Position numbers and translations under genes: made by a program. A stretch of DNA of 63,149 nucleotides, filler included, from Octopus bimaculoides (lineage: Eukaryota): the NCBI RefSeq assembly GCF_001194135.2. It is 5 parts of 5 records of this genome, joined end to end, with 100 filler letters (N's around TTAATTAATTAA, not from the genome) between each part and the next. Parts side by side here need not be neighbours in the genome. Positions count along the whole stretch, not along the records: positions 27,779 to 37,475 come from NC_069004.1; positions 37,576 to 60,809 come from NC_068990.1; 3 more parts are not named here. The stretch is one strand, 5' to 3'. The notes under the pieces were generated by a model. It was not told where the DNA came from. It did not search any database and saw only the letters and a list, made by a program, of their open reading frames with translations. Shown here piece by piece: positions 27,779 through 39,276 of the stretch (within the stretch, counting starts at the first letter, position 1; each line of letters opens with the position of its first letter).

Positions 27779-30700
27779 GTTCGTTCTTTCTTCGTACGTA
27801 CGTATGTTCATTCGTTCGATAGGACTTACGTACGTACGTACGCTCATTCGTTCGTTCGTTCGTTTGTACGTACGTACGTACGTTCGTTCGTTCGTTCGTT
27901 CGTTCGTTCGTTCGTTCGTTCGATCTTTCGTTCGTACGTACGTACGTTCGTCCTTTCGTTCGTTCGTTCGTTCGGTCGTTCGTTTGTTCGTTCGTTAATT
28001 CGTTCGTTCGTACGTACATACTTACTTACGTACGTACGTACCTTCGTTCTTGCGTTCGTTCGTTCGTTCGATCCATCGTTCGTTTGATCCTTCGTTCGTT
28101 CGATCTTTCGTTCGTTCGGATGTACGTACATTCGTTCGATATTTCGTGCGTACGTACATACGTAGTTACGTACGTACGTTCGTTCATTCTTTCGTTCGTA
28201 CGTTCGTACGTTCGTCCTTTCGTTCGTTCGTTCGCTCGATCGTTCGTTCGTTCGATACTTCGTTCTTTCGTTCGTTCGTTCTTACGTACGTACGTTCGTT
28301 CGATCGTTCCTTCGTTCGTACGTACGTACGTACATTCGTTTATTCATTCGTTCGTTCATTCATTCGTTCGTTCGTTTGTATGTACGTTCGTTCGTTCTTT
28401 CGTTCGTTCTTTCGTTCGTTCATTCGTTCGTTCGTTCGTTCGTTCGTACGTAGTTACGTTCGATCGGTAGTTTTTTCGTACGTCCGTTCGTTCGGTCGTT
28501 GGTTCGTTCATTCGTTCATTCGTTCGTTCGTTCGTACGTACGTACGTACGTGAGTTCGTTCGTTCGATCGTTCGTTCATTCGATCGTTCGTTCGTTCGTT
28601 CGTTCGTACATACGTACGTTCGTTCATTTGTTGGTTCGTTCTTACGTACGTACGTTCGTATGTTCTTTCCTTCGTTCTTTCGTTGGTTCGTTCGTTCGTT
28701 CATTCTTTCGTTCGATTGTTCGTTCGGTAGTTCGTTCGGTAGTTCGTACTTTCGTTCGTTCGTTCGTTCGTTCGGTCGTTCTTACGTACGTTCAATCGTT
28801 CGTTCGTTCGTTCTTTGTTTCGTTCTTTNNNNNNNNNNNNNNNNNNNNNNNNNNNNNNNNNNNNNNNNNNNNNNNNNNNNNNNNNNNNNNNNNNNNNNNN
28901 NNNNNNNNNNNNNNNNNNNNNNNNNNNNNNNNNNNNNNNNNNNNNNNNNNNNNNNNNNNNNNNNNNNNNNNNNNNNNNNNNNNNNNNNNNNNNNNNNNNN
29001 NNNNNNNNNNNNNNNNNNNNNNNNNNNNNNNNNNNNNNNNNNNNNNNNNNNNNNNNNNNNNNNNNNNNNNNNNNNNNNNNNNNNNNNNNNNNNNNNNNNN
29101 NNNNNNNNNNNNNNNNNNNNNNNNNNNNNNNNNNNNNNNNNNNNNNNNNNNNNNNNNNNNNNNNNNNNNNNNNNNNNNNNNNNNNNNNNNNNNNNNNNNN
29201 NNNNNNNNNNNNNNNNNNNNNNNNNNNNNNNNNNNNNNNNNNNNNNNNNNNNNNNNNNNNNNNNNNNNNNNNNNNNNNNNNNNNNNNNNNNNNNNNNNNN
29301 NNNNNNNNNNNNNNNNNNNNNNNNNNNNNNNNNNNNNNNNNNNNNNNNNNNNNNNNNNNNNNNNNNNNNNNNNNNNNNGTTCGTACGTACATGCGTTCAT
29401 TCGTTCGTTCGTATATATGTACGTACGTTCGTTTGTTCTTTCGTTCTTCGGTACGTATGTACTTACGTACGTTCATTCGTTCGTACGTACCTACGCACCT
29501 ATGTAATTACGTACGTACGTACTTTCGTTCGTTCGTTCGTTCGTTTGTTCATTTGTTTGTTTCGTTCGTTCGAACGTACGTATGTACTTACGAACGTTCG
29601 TTCGTTCTTTCGTACTACGTAGGTACTAACGTACGTTCGTTCGCTCGATCGCTGGTTTGTACGTATGTACGTACGTACCTATGTACGTACGTACGTACGT
29701 TCGTTCATTCGTACGTACGTACGTTCTTTCGTTAGTTCGTACGTCAGTTCGTTCGTTCGTTCCAACGTAAGTACGTACGAACGAACAAACGAACGAAAGA
29801 ACGAACGAAAAACGAACAAAAGAACAAACGAACGTACGTACGAACGAACGAACGAACGAACGAACAAATGAATGGACGAACGAACGTACGTACGTACGAA
29901 CGAACGAACGTACGTACGTAAGTAGAATGAACGAAAGAACGAACGTACGTTCGTTCGTTCATTCGTTCGTTCGTTCGTCCTTTCGTTCGTGCGTTCGGTC
30001 ATTCGTTCGTTCGTTCGATCGTTCGTTCTTACGTACGCACTTACGTACGTACGTTCGTTCCTTCGTTCGTTCGTTCATTCGTACGTACGTACGTACGTTC
30101 GTTCGTTCGTTATTTCGTTCGTTATTTCATTCGTTGGTTCGTTCGTTCTTACGTACGCACTTACGTTCGTTCCTTCGTTCGTTCGTTCATTCGTACGTAC
30201 GTACGTACGTTCGTTCGTTCGTTATTTCGTTGGTTCGTTCGTTCGATTGATCGTTCGGACAAATTAACAAAGTAACGAACGAATGTACGTACGTACGTGC
30301 GAACGAAATAACGAACGAACGAACGAACGTTATTTCGTTATTTCGTTCTTCTGTTCGTTCGTTTGTACGTTCGTTCATTCTTTCGTTCGATCGTTCGTTC
30401 GATCGTTCCTTCGTACGTACGTTAGTTCGTTCATTCGTTCGTTCATTCGTACATACGTACGTTCGTTCGTTCCTTCGTTCCTTCGTTCTTTCGTTCGTCC
30501 TTTCGTTCGTTCTTACGTACGTACTTACGTTCGTTCCTTCGTTCTTTCATTCGTACGTACGTGCGTACGTTCGTTCGTTCGTACATTCGTACCTACATAT
30601 GTTCGTTCGTTATTTCGTTCGTTCATTCGTTCGTTCGTTCGTTCGTTCATTCTTTCGTTCGTTCGTACGTGCGTTAGTTCGTTTATTCTTTCGTTCATTC

Positions 30701-31100
30701 GTACGTACGTACGTACGTTCATTCGTTCATTCGTACGTACGTTCGTTCGTTCGTTCGTTCGTTCGTTCGTGCATTCGGTCGTTTGTTCGTTCGTTCGTTC
30801 TTACGTACGCACTTACGTACGTACGTTCGTTCCTTCGTTCGTTTGTTCATTCGTACGTTCGTTCGTTCGTACATTCGTACCTACGTACGTTCGTTCGTTA
30901 TTTCGTTTGTTATTTCTTTCGTTCGTTCGTTCGTTCGGACAAACGAACAAAGTAACGAACGAACGTATTTACGTACGTGCGAACGAAAGAACGAACGATC
31001 GAACGAACGAACGAAAGAACGAACGAACGAACGCAAAACGTGCAAAAGATCGAACGAACGAACGAACGTACGTACGTACAAACGAACGAACGAACGTACG
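27779..31100. repeat. CpG-rich (TTCG)n/(TACG)n tetranucleotide satellite with inverted (AACG)n blocks
   Basis: Direct reading; reversed blocks at about 29775-29945, 30260-30330 and 30940-31100; bounded and interrupted by gaps. Confidence 0.95.
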
Positions 31101-31770
31101 NNNNNNNNNNNNNNNNNNNNNNNNNNNNNNNNNNNNNNNNNNNNNNNNNNNNNNNNNNNNNNNNNNNNNNNNNNNNNNNNNNNNNNNNNNNNNNNNNNNN
31201 NNNNNNNNNNNNNNNNNNNNNNNNNNNNNNNNNNNNNNNNNNNNNNNNNNNNNNNNNNNNNNNNNNNNNNNNNNNNNNNNNNNNNNNNNNNNNNNNNNNN
31301 NNNNNNNNNNNNNNNNNNNNNNNNNNNNNNNNNNNNNNNNNNNNNNNNNNNNNNNNNNNNNNNNNNNNNNNNNNNNNNNNNNNNNNNNNNNNNNNNNNNN
31401 NNNNNNNNNNNNNNNNNNNNNNNNNNNNNNNNNNNNNNNNNNNNNNNNNNNNNNNNNNNNNNNNNNNNNNNNNNNNNNNNNNNNNNNNNNNNNNNNNNNN
31501 NNNNNNNNNNNNNNNNNNNNNNNNNNNNNNNNNNNNNNNNNNNNNNNNNNNNNNNNNNNNNNNNNNNNNNNNNNNNNNNNNNNNNNNNNNNNNNNNNNNN
31601 NNNNNNNNNNNNNNNNNNNNNNNNNNNNNNNNNNNNNNNNNNNNNNNNNNNNNNNNNNNNNNNNNNNNNNNNNNNNNNNNNNNNNNNNNNNNNNNNNNNN
31701 NNNNNNNNNNNNNNNNNNNNNNNNNNNNNNNNNNNNNNNNNNNNNNNNNNNNNNNNNNNNNNNNNNNNAT

Positions 31771-32223
31771 GTGCCTGGGGCCGCAAGTACGTGCCCGGGA
31801 CCGTTACTACGTTCCTTGGGCCGCCAGAACGTGCCTGGGGCCGCAAGTACGTGCCTGGAGCCGTAAGTACGTGCCCAGGGCCGTCAGTACGTGCCCAGGG
31901 CTGTCAGTACGTGCCTGGGGCCACAAGAACGTGTCTGGGGTCGTTAATACGGGCCCTGGGCTGGAAGTACGTGCCTGGTGCCGTGAGTACGTTCCAGGCG
32001 CTGCAAGAACGTGCTCGGCGCCGCAACTTGTGGCCACAGACATGTACTTACGGCCCCAGGCACGTAATTGCGGCCCCAGGCGCGTAGTTACTGCCCCGGG
32101 CACGCTGTTGCGGCACGAGGCACGTTCTTGCGGTGCCAAGCACCTTCTTGTGGTGCCAGGCACGTTCTTGTGGTCCAAGGTACGTTCTTGTGACGCCAGG
32201 CAAGTTCTTGCGACGCCAGGTAC
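31771..32223. repeat. GC-rich 20-bp minisatellite in two opposite orientations (fold-back)
   Basis: 13 forward units of GTGCCTGGGGCCGCAAGTAC in exact 20-bp register (31771-32030), then 9 reverse-complement units (32044-32223). Confidence 0.95.
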
Positions 32224-32499
32224 GTGCTTACATACAAGAACAACCAATCAGAGTGGTGGACACAACAGGGTCCAAAGATGAAGCCGAAGACTAGCTGTTA
32301 TCCGCTACGTCCGCACTCATGTATATATAACAGAGAGAGAGGGGAGACATGCTACAAGTGCAAACAGTAAAATAACAGAAAGAAAAAAATTGAAGCAAGT
32401 AATAATTCTCCAAAAGGGGATAGACTTCTAAGAAATGATTGTGGAAACCCAACAAACCCACAATTACTCTGACCACATGGGAAAATGTCACTCCATCCT

Positions 32500-33130
32500 C
32501 CTTTTTCAATCCACTGATATGTAAGTGCTGCCAGCCGGGTTTGCCCATGATGTGCGCTGTATAATAAAACGTCTGCACACACTTGTCCAATGCGTGAGCA
32601 TTGCTGACTTGTGTAATGTTGGTCGGACCCAGCTATCGGTTATGTGCATAGAGAACACCGTCCCGCTACCTTCCTTTTGTTGTCAATGTTCACCCTCATC
32701 CCAGAGTATTCTGGAAATTATCGTTGGGCCTCAGCCCAAAAGTCCTTTGGAACCCACCAACAGGTTTTTTTTCGTCCACGCCCAGTCTCCCTGAGAACAT
32801 TGTCACTCTTGCCAGCCGCTAACTCTGCATAGAACACTAAGATGGAATTTTCCCCTGACCACATTGTTCGACTGGCGGAAGTTTTGAGTGCCTGGCGACA
32901 CTTTAGACATGCTGCTTTGGTCTATGCTTGATCCAGGTCAGCAACTCTGTTAGCAAGATGAATTGTGGAAAAGTGAGTTTGACAAACAGCGACCATACCT
33001 GCTGGCCACCCTACTGGTCACTCGCTCCAGTTCTTCTCCACTTGAGATCTGGCCCAAACCAGTCCCTAAGTAGTTTAATCAGTCTGTCCAGAATCTTATT
33101 TTGCCATTGGTTTGTATGGACCTGTTCGTG
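32500..33130 (-). mobile_element. Tx1/L1-like LINE ORF2 C-terminal remnant, partly inverted
   Basis: Minus strand ELAAGKSDNVLRET and FQRTFGLRPNDNFQNTL; plus strand LHTLVQCVSIADL...VGRTQLS at about 32570-32670 resembles the downstream zinc-binding region. Confidence 0.45.
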
Positions 33131-33539
33131 ACAGGAATGAGTAGCGAAAATTATGTGGTCGACTAAACATGTGATTCTTAAAATGATTGAATACCATGCG
33201 TTCCACCAAAAATATTAGTGAAATCTATTGTTCTCTTTCCCAGTTTTCATTTCTAAGGAAACAAATTAGAACTTCACCATAGTATTCTACAACCATCTTA
33301 ATTTTATTAAATACGGCAGTTTGTATCCTCCTTTTTCAGTCTTTGTAATACTCAACAGAAGTTGTCTGACCAGTTGAAGGCACTTTTTTTTTCTGAAAAT
33401 AGAAGAAGGAATATCGGAATGAAACGACAACGTAGGAAAGAGAACACATACAATGCAATGCGATTCTTTCATTAGGCTGTTTATAGTAAGAATTGGGCAT
33501 AAAAGACTCTCGCCCCTACCGCCGGACTGAAAATGTACT

Positions 33540-33728
33540 TAAATACTCGGAAACATGTCTTTTCCGGTGAAGACGACTGAAAGGCAGTGACACAGTACGA
33601 GTGCAGTGGAATGAGTGAAGCCAGTATAAAGGAATAACGGAATTGACACTTTTAGAATGAAAGATTTTCTATCAACTTCCGGCAACGCGAGTCTGGAGTT
33701 ACGTCCCCTTCGTAGGCTGGAGTCGTCA
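33540..33728 (+). promoter_or_regulatory. Putative promoter/5' UTR of the microprotein-NDUFB1 locus
   Basis: CpG-retaining region; ETS/GABP motif ACTTCCGG at 33675-33682; YY1-like CAATGGCGG overlapping the ATG at 33729. Confidence 0.55.
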
Positions 33729-33890
33729 ATGGCGGACGAGTTGGATGTGAGCAAAGTGAAAGTTGCCAGACGAATATTTCGGCGTTACAGCATTGTTATC
33801 GGTCTACCCGTGATTGTATCTGTGTGCATCTATAAGGACTACACCAGAACACAAGAATACAAACGCAAACAACAAGAAAACAACCTGTAA
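33729..33890 (+). CDS. 53-aa single-pass membrane microprotein, unassigned (mitochondrial-like)
   Basis: MADELDVSKVKVARRIFRRYSIVIGLPVIVSVCIYKDYTRTQEYKRKQQENNL: strong Kozak context (TCAATGG), basic stretch, one hydrophobic segment, charged tail, non-repetitive sequence. Confidence 0.65.
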   Translation: MADELDVSKVKVARRIFRRYSIVIGLPVIVSVCIYKDYTRTQEYKRKQQENNL

Positions 33891-33983
33891 GGCTACCTTT
33901 TCCTTTGACCTCTGCTCGAGTGACCTCAACAAGGCAAATTCATTTGAATTGTTCTGAACTTTTTTTGTGCATTCAGTCAAATA

Positions 33984-34181
33984 ATGTCTCCTTCTTCTTT
34001 AGGATTTATGTTTCAGCAACGATGGTGGCCAGTTTATGGCCGAATGGCAGCAGTGATGCTGGTCTATTTCTACGGCAGCTACGAATCGTACAGGTTCGAT
34101 ATTACTCACGCCTCTTCGTTCAGGAATCGAAGCAAATTGTTTGGTGGCCGGGAATTACCTGAAGGGAAAGAAGCTTGGTAG
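33984..34181 (+). CDS. NDUFB1: NADH dehydrogenase (ubiquinone) 1 beta subcomplex subunit 1-like (MNLL)
   Basis: 65 aa with one TM. The C-terminus SSFRNRSKLFGGRELPEGKEAW* matches the NDUFB1 family signature (human [23 protein letters not shown]). Strong acceptor TTTTTGTGCATTCAG ends 7 nt before the ATG. Confidence 0.8.
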   Translation: MSPSSLGFMFQQRWWPVYGRMAAVMLVYFYGSYESYRFDITHASSFRNRSKLFGGRELPEGKEAW

Positions 34182-35834
34182 AAAACCCAGGTGATTGAAG
34201 GTAAAGAAAACCCGGAGAACTATTTTGTTTCCCATTTTTCTCCAGCCTTCTTACAACACTGGAATTCAAATGTAGAACTCTGCGGACATATTTCGCTATG
34301 AATGTTAAAAGAGTTTGTATTTAAAACATTCTTGGATTGAAAACAGTTTTTTGTTCTTTTTGTCTTTCAATCATTTCTTTGTTGCTTTGTTCATAATTTC
34401 TGCAAACTTTCAATCACATGTATTGAAACTCCATCTCACCCTCTTTATGTTCTCTATAAACAGGGAAATCATTGACCGAATCCTTCTTTAAGCACCCCTT
34501 CATGTGCTAAAACGACAGCTAATAGCCCTTAAATCACACACAAAATTATTTTTGTATAATCATTAGAATTCTAGTGTGTAGAACATAAATTCGGAAAAAT
34601 TTTCTGAAAATTCCCCCAAGATAAAAAAAAAAAACTCATTGTGTGTGTAACCTAGAATTCCACCTATTTGATACGGTCATTTTAACTGTTGGGAATTTTT
34701 TATATTGCTTTATTTTGTATATTTGGCAATCTTTAGGTATAAGTAAACGACGTCCTTCAACCCCGTTTTTTAGCCTAGCTTTTTGTTTTAAATCTTTGTC
34801 ATAAGCGAACGTTGTGTGGGTGAATGACATCGTTTACTTATACCGAAAAACTGCCAAGCGAGAAAAATCAGAGGCCATGAGTTTTTGTATGATCTCCTTC
34901 TACACTGGTAATGATTAATGTTTGAATTTATGCATGATATACATACACCCTCATCATTATTTTAACGTCTACTTATCCATGCTTAAATTGGCCGAGAGGA
35001 AATTCGTTGAGGAGGGAGTTTCGAATCAGGACACCCATATTAAGTTGAGTTTTCTTCGTTTTCGCGAAACTTTTTCCAATTTCTTTTTCTCCCACCACAC
35101 ACCTCTGGAAATTATTTAGGGAGGGTAAAATTTTTTGAAAATTTATGGTATCTTTTTCATCTGGCCCATTTTTTGGTATCATACACTTAAAAACCTCTAT
35201 GATAAAAAAAAAAACTTTTAGAAAGTATTCTCAGACGAAAAGGTGTTGTTTCTCGCACATTCTACGACAACAGAGTACCATCATCGTTTCTTTGTCACCT
35301 TGTATTGATGTTTTTCAATATTATTCTCCCCATAAACACATTATATATTATGTTATTGCAGAAGTAACACACTGGTTTTGTTTAGCTCAAGTGGTCCGTT
35401 GATGGGAATTAACAACAAAAAAATTGTTATATAAGTTTTTAACCCCCCCCCCCCTTCGCACCAAGTGAGGCGTGTGTATATAAGAAAAAGCATATTTACT
35501 AACAAAAGTATACTATTAAAATCAGTCATCTTTTACATTCCTTTTTGTGAATGACTTCAGGTAAATCACAGCAATGACCTTCTCAGGTTCTCCAGTATTT
35601 TAAAAGTATAATAGAAAAGGTGGGTGGGGTTTTTTTTTTTTTTTTGTCTGTTTTTATGGCACAAATGTGCTTTTAGGGAGAAAAATATTGAAAAACAGCA
35701 GTACATATAAGATTGACAAAGAAACGAGGAAAGTACCAGGTGGCTGTGGCATGTGCTAGAAACAAGTCACACACACCTTTTCATCTGAAAGTGTTTTCAA
35801 TTTTTTTTTTTTTTTTACTGAAAAGGCTTCTCCC

Positions 35835-36854
35835 ATGGTTTTTAAGTTTTGTTAAGGGAAAGTTACTCGAGATTGTCGATTCATTCGTCTACCTTGGAAG
35901 CTCTGTTCAAAATGAAGGAAATCTTGATACAGAAATACAGCTGCAAATTCAAAAGGCTGCAAAAGCATTTGGTGTCTTGGAGTCACGCGTTTGGTGCCAG
36001 CGACATATAAATAAGAATACAAAGCTGGCTCTTTACAAATCATTTGTCTTACAATCCCTGTTGTACTCCTGTAAAACTTGGACTTGTTATGAAAGGCATT
36101 TTAAACTGTTCAAACAATTCCACCAAAAATGCCTTCATTGCATTTTAATAATTAAATGGAGTTCTTTTACACCAAACACATATGTGTCCTTGCATCTGCA
36201 GGCATCACCTAAATTAAAGCTATGATTTTGAGGAATCAATTGAGATGGTGTGGCCATGTTCGAATGGCAGATGAACGCATGCAGAAACAGCTGTTTTATG
36301 GTGAGCTTGCAGAGGGGAAAAGCTATCGGCGTAAACCTAAAAAAAGGTTTAAGGATGGCATAAGGACTACTATGAAGTCACTTGGAATGGTTGCAGAAGA
36401 TAGAAAAACCCTTGCTTCCAATTGAGGTGGATGGCAAACAAAGGAGTGGAGCGAAAGAATTTGAAGAGGCCAGGATAACACAAGTATGACTCAGAAGAGA
36501 TCTAAGGAAGAATGTAACGATCGAGAAGGTGAATCACAACGACCTTTCTTTGTGCACAATCTGTGACAGACCATGCCTGTCTTTGGCTGGACTCAAATCT
36601 CATCTGCGAATGCATGGAAGACGAACCTCCACCAACTATTCCGCCTATATGTCTGTGCATACCTTTGAATGCAGTGTATGTCAGAAGATTCACAAATCCA
36701 ACAGAGGCCTCAAGAGGCATTTTAAGATCCACAAAGAGCAGAACTTACCTGCAGGTCTTGGTGGTCCAAATCAGAGGTGCAATCTCTGTGGGTGTCTTTT
36801 CAGAACATTGGTTTAAAAAGCCACATCAAAAGCCATGATGGTGCTAAGGTCTAA
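35835..36854 (+). mobile_element. 5'-truncated RTE LINE with three C-terminal C2H2 zinc fingers
   Basis: FVYLGSSV..KAAKAFGVL..LLYSCKTW..QLRWCGHV..QLFYGEL..KKRFKDG, then CxxC-x12-HxxxH twice and a third, frameshifted finger (CNLC...GLKSHIKSH). Confidence 0.9.
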
Positions 36855-36917
36855 GTACAGGAGGTGGTCAAACTCTGTATAAGGAGTAGACAACCACCAT
36901 ATGTATGTGTATATATA

Positions 36918-36972
<55 letters not shown>

Positions 36973-36984
36973 NNNNNNNNNNTA

Positions 36985-37039
<55 letters not shown>

Positions 37040-37079
37040 TTATATTTGTATATATATATATATATATATAGGTAATACA

Positions 37080-37200
37080 GAACCCTGAAGACACTATGCA
37101 CCTGCAATGTGAGCTGGATGAAATATACAAGTGGGCTGAAAAGAATAGCATGCAGTTTAATGCTGAAAAGTTTCAAGCCCTTGTGCTATCAGCATGCAAA
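37080..37200 (+). mobile_element. CR1/Jockey-type RT fragment
   Basis: LQCELDEIYKWAEKNSMQFNAEKFQAL. Confidence 0.75.
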
Positions 37201-37575
37201 ACTAAATTTGTATATATATATATATATATATACAATAGTATTAATTTTAGCCTTAAATGGGAAATTATAAGAAAAGCTCAACCTTATAGAAATAATAGAT
37301 ATGGATGTGAATTGTGTTCTATGGAAATATATGAAATTTTTAAACTTAGGAACAATCCTAATCTAATCAATAATAGATTAGACCTTAGGGTATCATGTGT
37401 GCATTGCTCTACTCGCACTTTTAAATTTTTTAAAAAATAGGACTTTTATTTAAATAACTAAAGTTATCAATTTATNNNNNNNNNNNNNNNNNNNNNNNNN
37501 NNNNNNNNNNNNNNNNNNNTTAATTAATTAANNNNNNNNNNNNNNNNNNNNNNNNNNNNNNNNNNNNNNNNNNNN

Positions 37576-37606
<31 letters not shown>

Positions 37607-39234
37607 TACGGGCTTCTTTCAGTTTCCGTCTATCAAATCCACTCAGTCCGAGGCTATAGTAGAAGACACTTGCCCAAGTTGCCATGCAGTGGGACTGAAC
37701 CCAGAACCATGTGGTTGGTAAGCAAGCTACTTACCACACAGCCACTCCTGTGCCTAATATTAATATTAATATTTCATTATTATTTTCAGATGGACTTCTA
37801 ATTTTATTAATATCAATTCAGAGCAGTGTAATCCAGAGGTAAATCCTATGTTAGCATGGTAAGGATATCCATTTAGATTTCAGGAACAAAAATAAAAAGA
37901 AAAGAAAAGAAAGAATAACGAAATCCCAACAACAAAAACAAACTAGAGTACAAGATCATTAATTTTACATTATAAACAAAGAATCAAAAAGTTCAATGCT
38001 TCAGTCTAAGGTCTTTCGTCAAGTAAAGAAAAACAGAGAAGAAAGAAGTGAATGCTTGATGGTGCCTCAACATTGGTTAAGGTATTTCAATATGCAGTGA
38101 TTCTGAGAACAACCACCATTATCATGGCAAGTCAAGCCCAATAGATCATCATCATCATCATCATCATCTTCTTCTTCTTCTTCTAAGTTCCATGCTGGCA
38201 TGAGTTGACTGGTTTGACAAGATCTGGTGGGTCCAAAGACCACATTGTGCTCCAGTGTCTATTTGACATTGCTTCTGTAGTTGAATGCCCTTCTTTGTGT
38301 GTACTGGGTGCCTTGTTTTTCATGCCACCAGCACCACTGAGGTCACCATGCAGCTTGCAAGACTATGAACTCTGAGGGAAGTGGGACTTGCCTTTATGCT
38401 TGGGGATGAGGGGTTAAAGTAATGGAAAAGATGATGATGGTAGTGGTGCTGGTGGGCAGAGGAGGTTCTTCTTGAAGAGCTGAAATGGTTACTCACATTT
38501 GGTAGCGGAGGGAGAGAGTAATTAGCAGTAGCTGCAAAGAGATAGATAGGAGATGAGGTGTCCTGGTGGCCCCTCAAAGCATGAGCTGAGTAGAAGATGG
38601 GAGGTGGAATTGCAAGATTGTATGAGGAGCAGGAGATGAGAAGGCAGCCTGTAACTGTAAAAAAAAAAAAGGTTGGATAGGGGTGAACATACAGGAAGTA
38701 AAAGATTTATGCATTGAAAAAAAACTGTATATATATATATATATATATATATAGATATATATATATATATANNNNNNNNNNNNNNNNNNNNNNNNNNNNN
38801 NNNNNNNNNNNNNNNNNNNNNNNNNNNNNNNNNNNNNNNNNNNNNNNNNNNNNNNNNNNNNNNNNNNNNNNNNNNNNNNNNNNNNNNNNNNNNNNNNNNN
38901 NNNNNNNNNNNNNNNNNNNNNNNNNNNNNNNNNNNNNNNNNNNNNNNNNNNNNNNNNNNNNNNNNNNNNNNNNNNNNNNNNNNNNNNNNNNNNNNNNNNN
39001 NNNNNNNNNNNNNNNNNNNNNNNNNNNNNNNNNNNNNNNNNNNNNNNNNNNNNNNNNNGCGTTAGGAAGGGCATCCAGCTGTAGAAACTTTGCCAGATCA
39101 GATTGGAGCCTCGTGCAGCCATCTGGTTCGCCAGTCCTCAGTCAAATTGTCCAACCCATGCTAGCATGGAAGGCGGACCTTAAACAATGATGATGATGAT
39201 GATACAGTTGTTTTTCAATGCATACATATATATA

Positions 39235-39276
<42 letters not shown>

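Noticed and set aside
27723-31866. ORFs up to 527 aa rich in RSFV/TNER
   Set aside because: Tetranucleotide repeats lacking stops, extended by Ns; no coding complexity.
31771-32223. CRISPR-like regular 20-bp periodicity
   Set aside because: Units are contiguous with no unique spacers, there are no cas genes, and the context is eukaryotic.
33729-33890. Faint resemblance of the 53-aa ORF to CEBPZOS- or PET100-type microproteins
   Set aside because: Only a few residues in a low-information TM context; not enough for a gene symbol.
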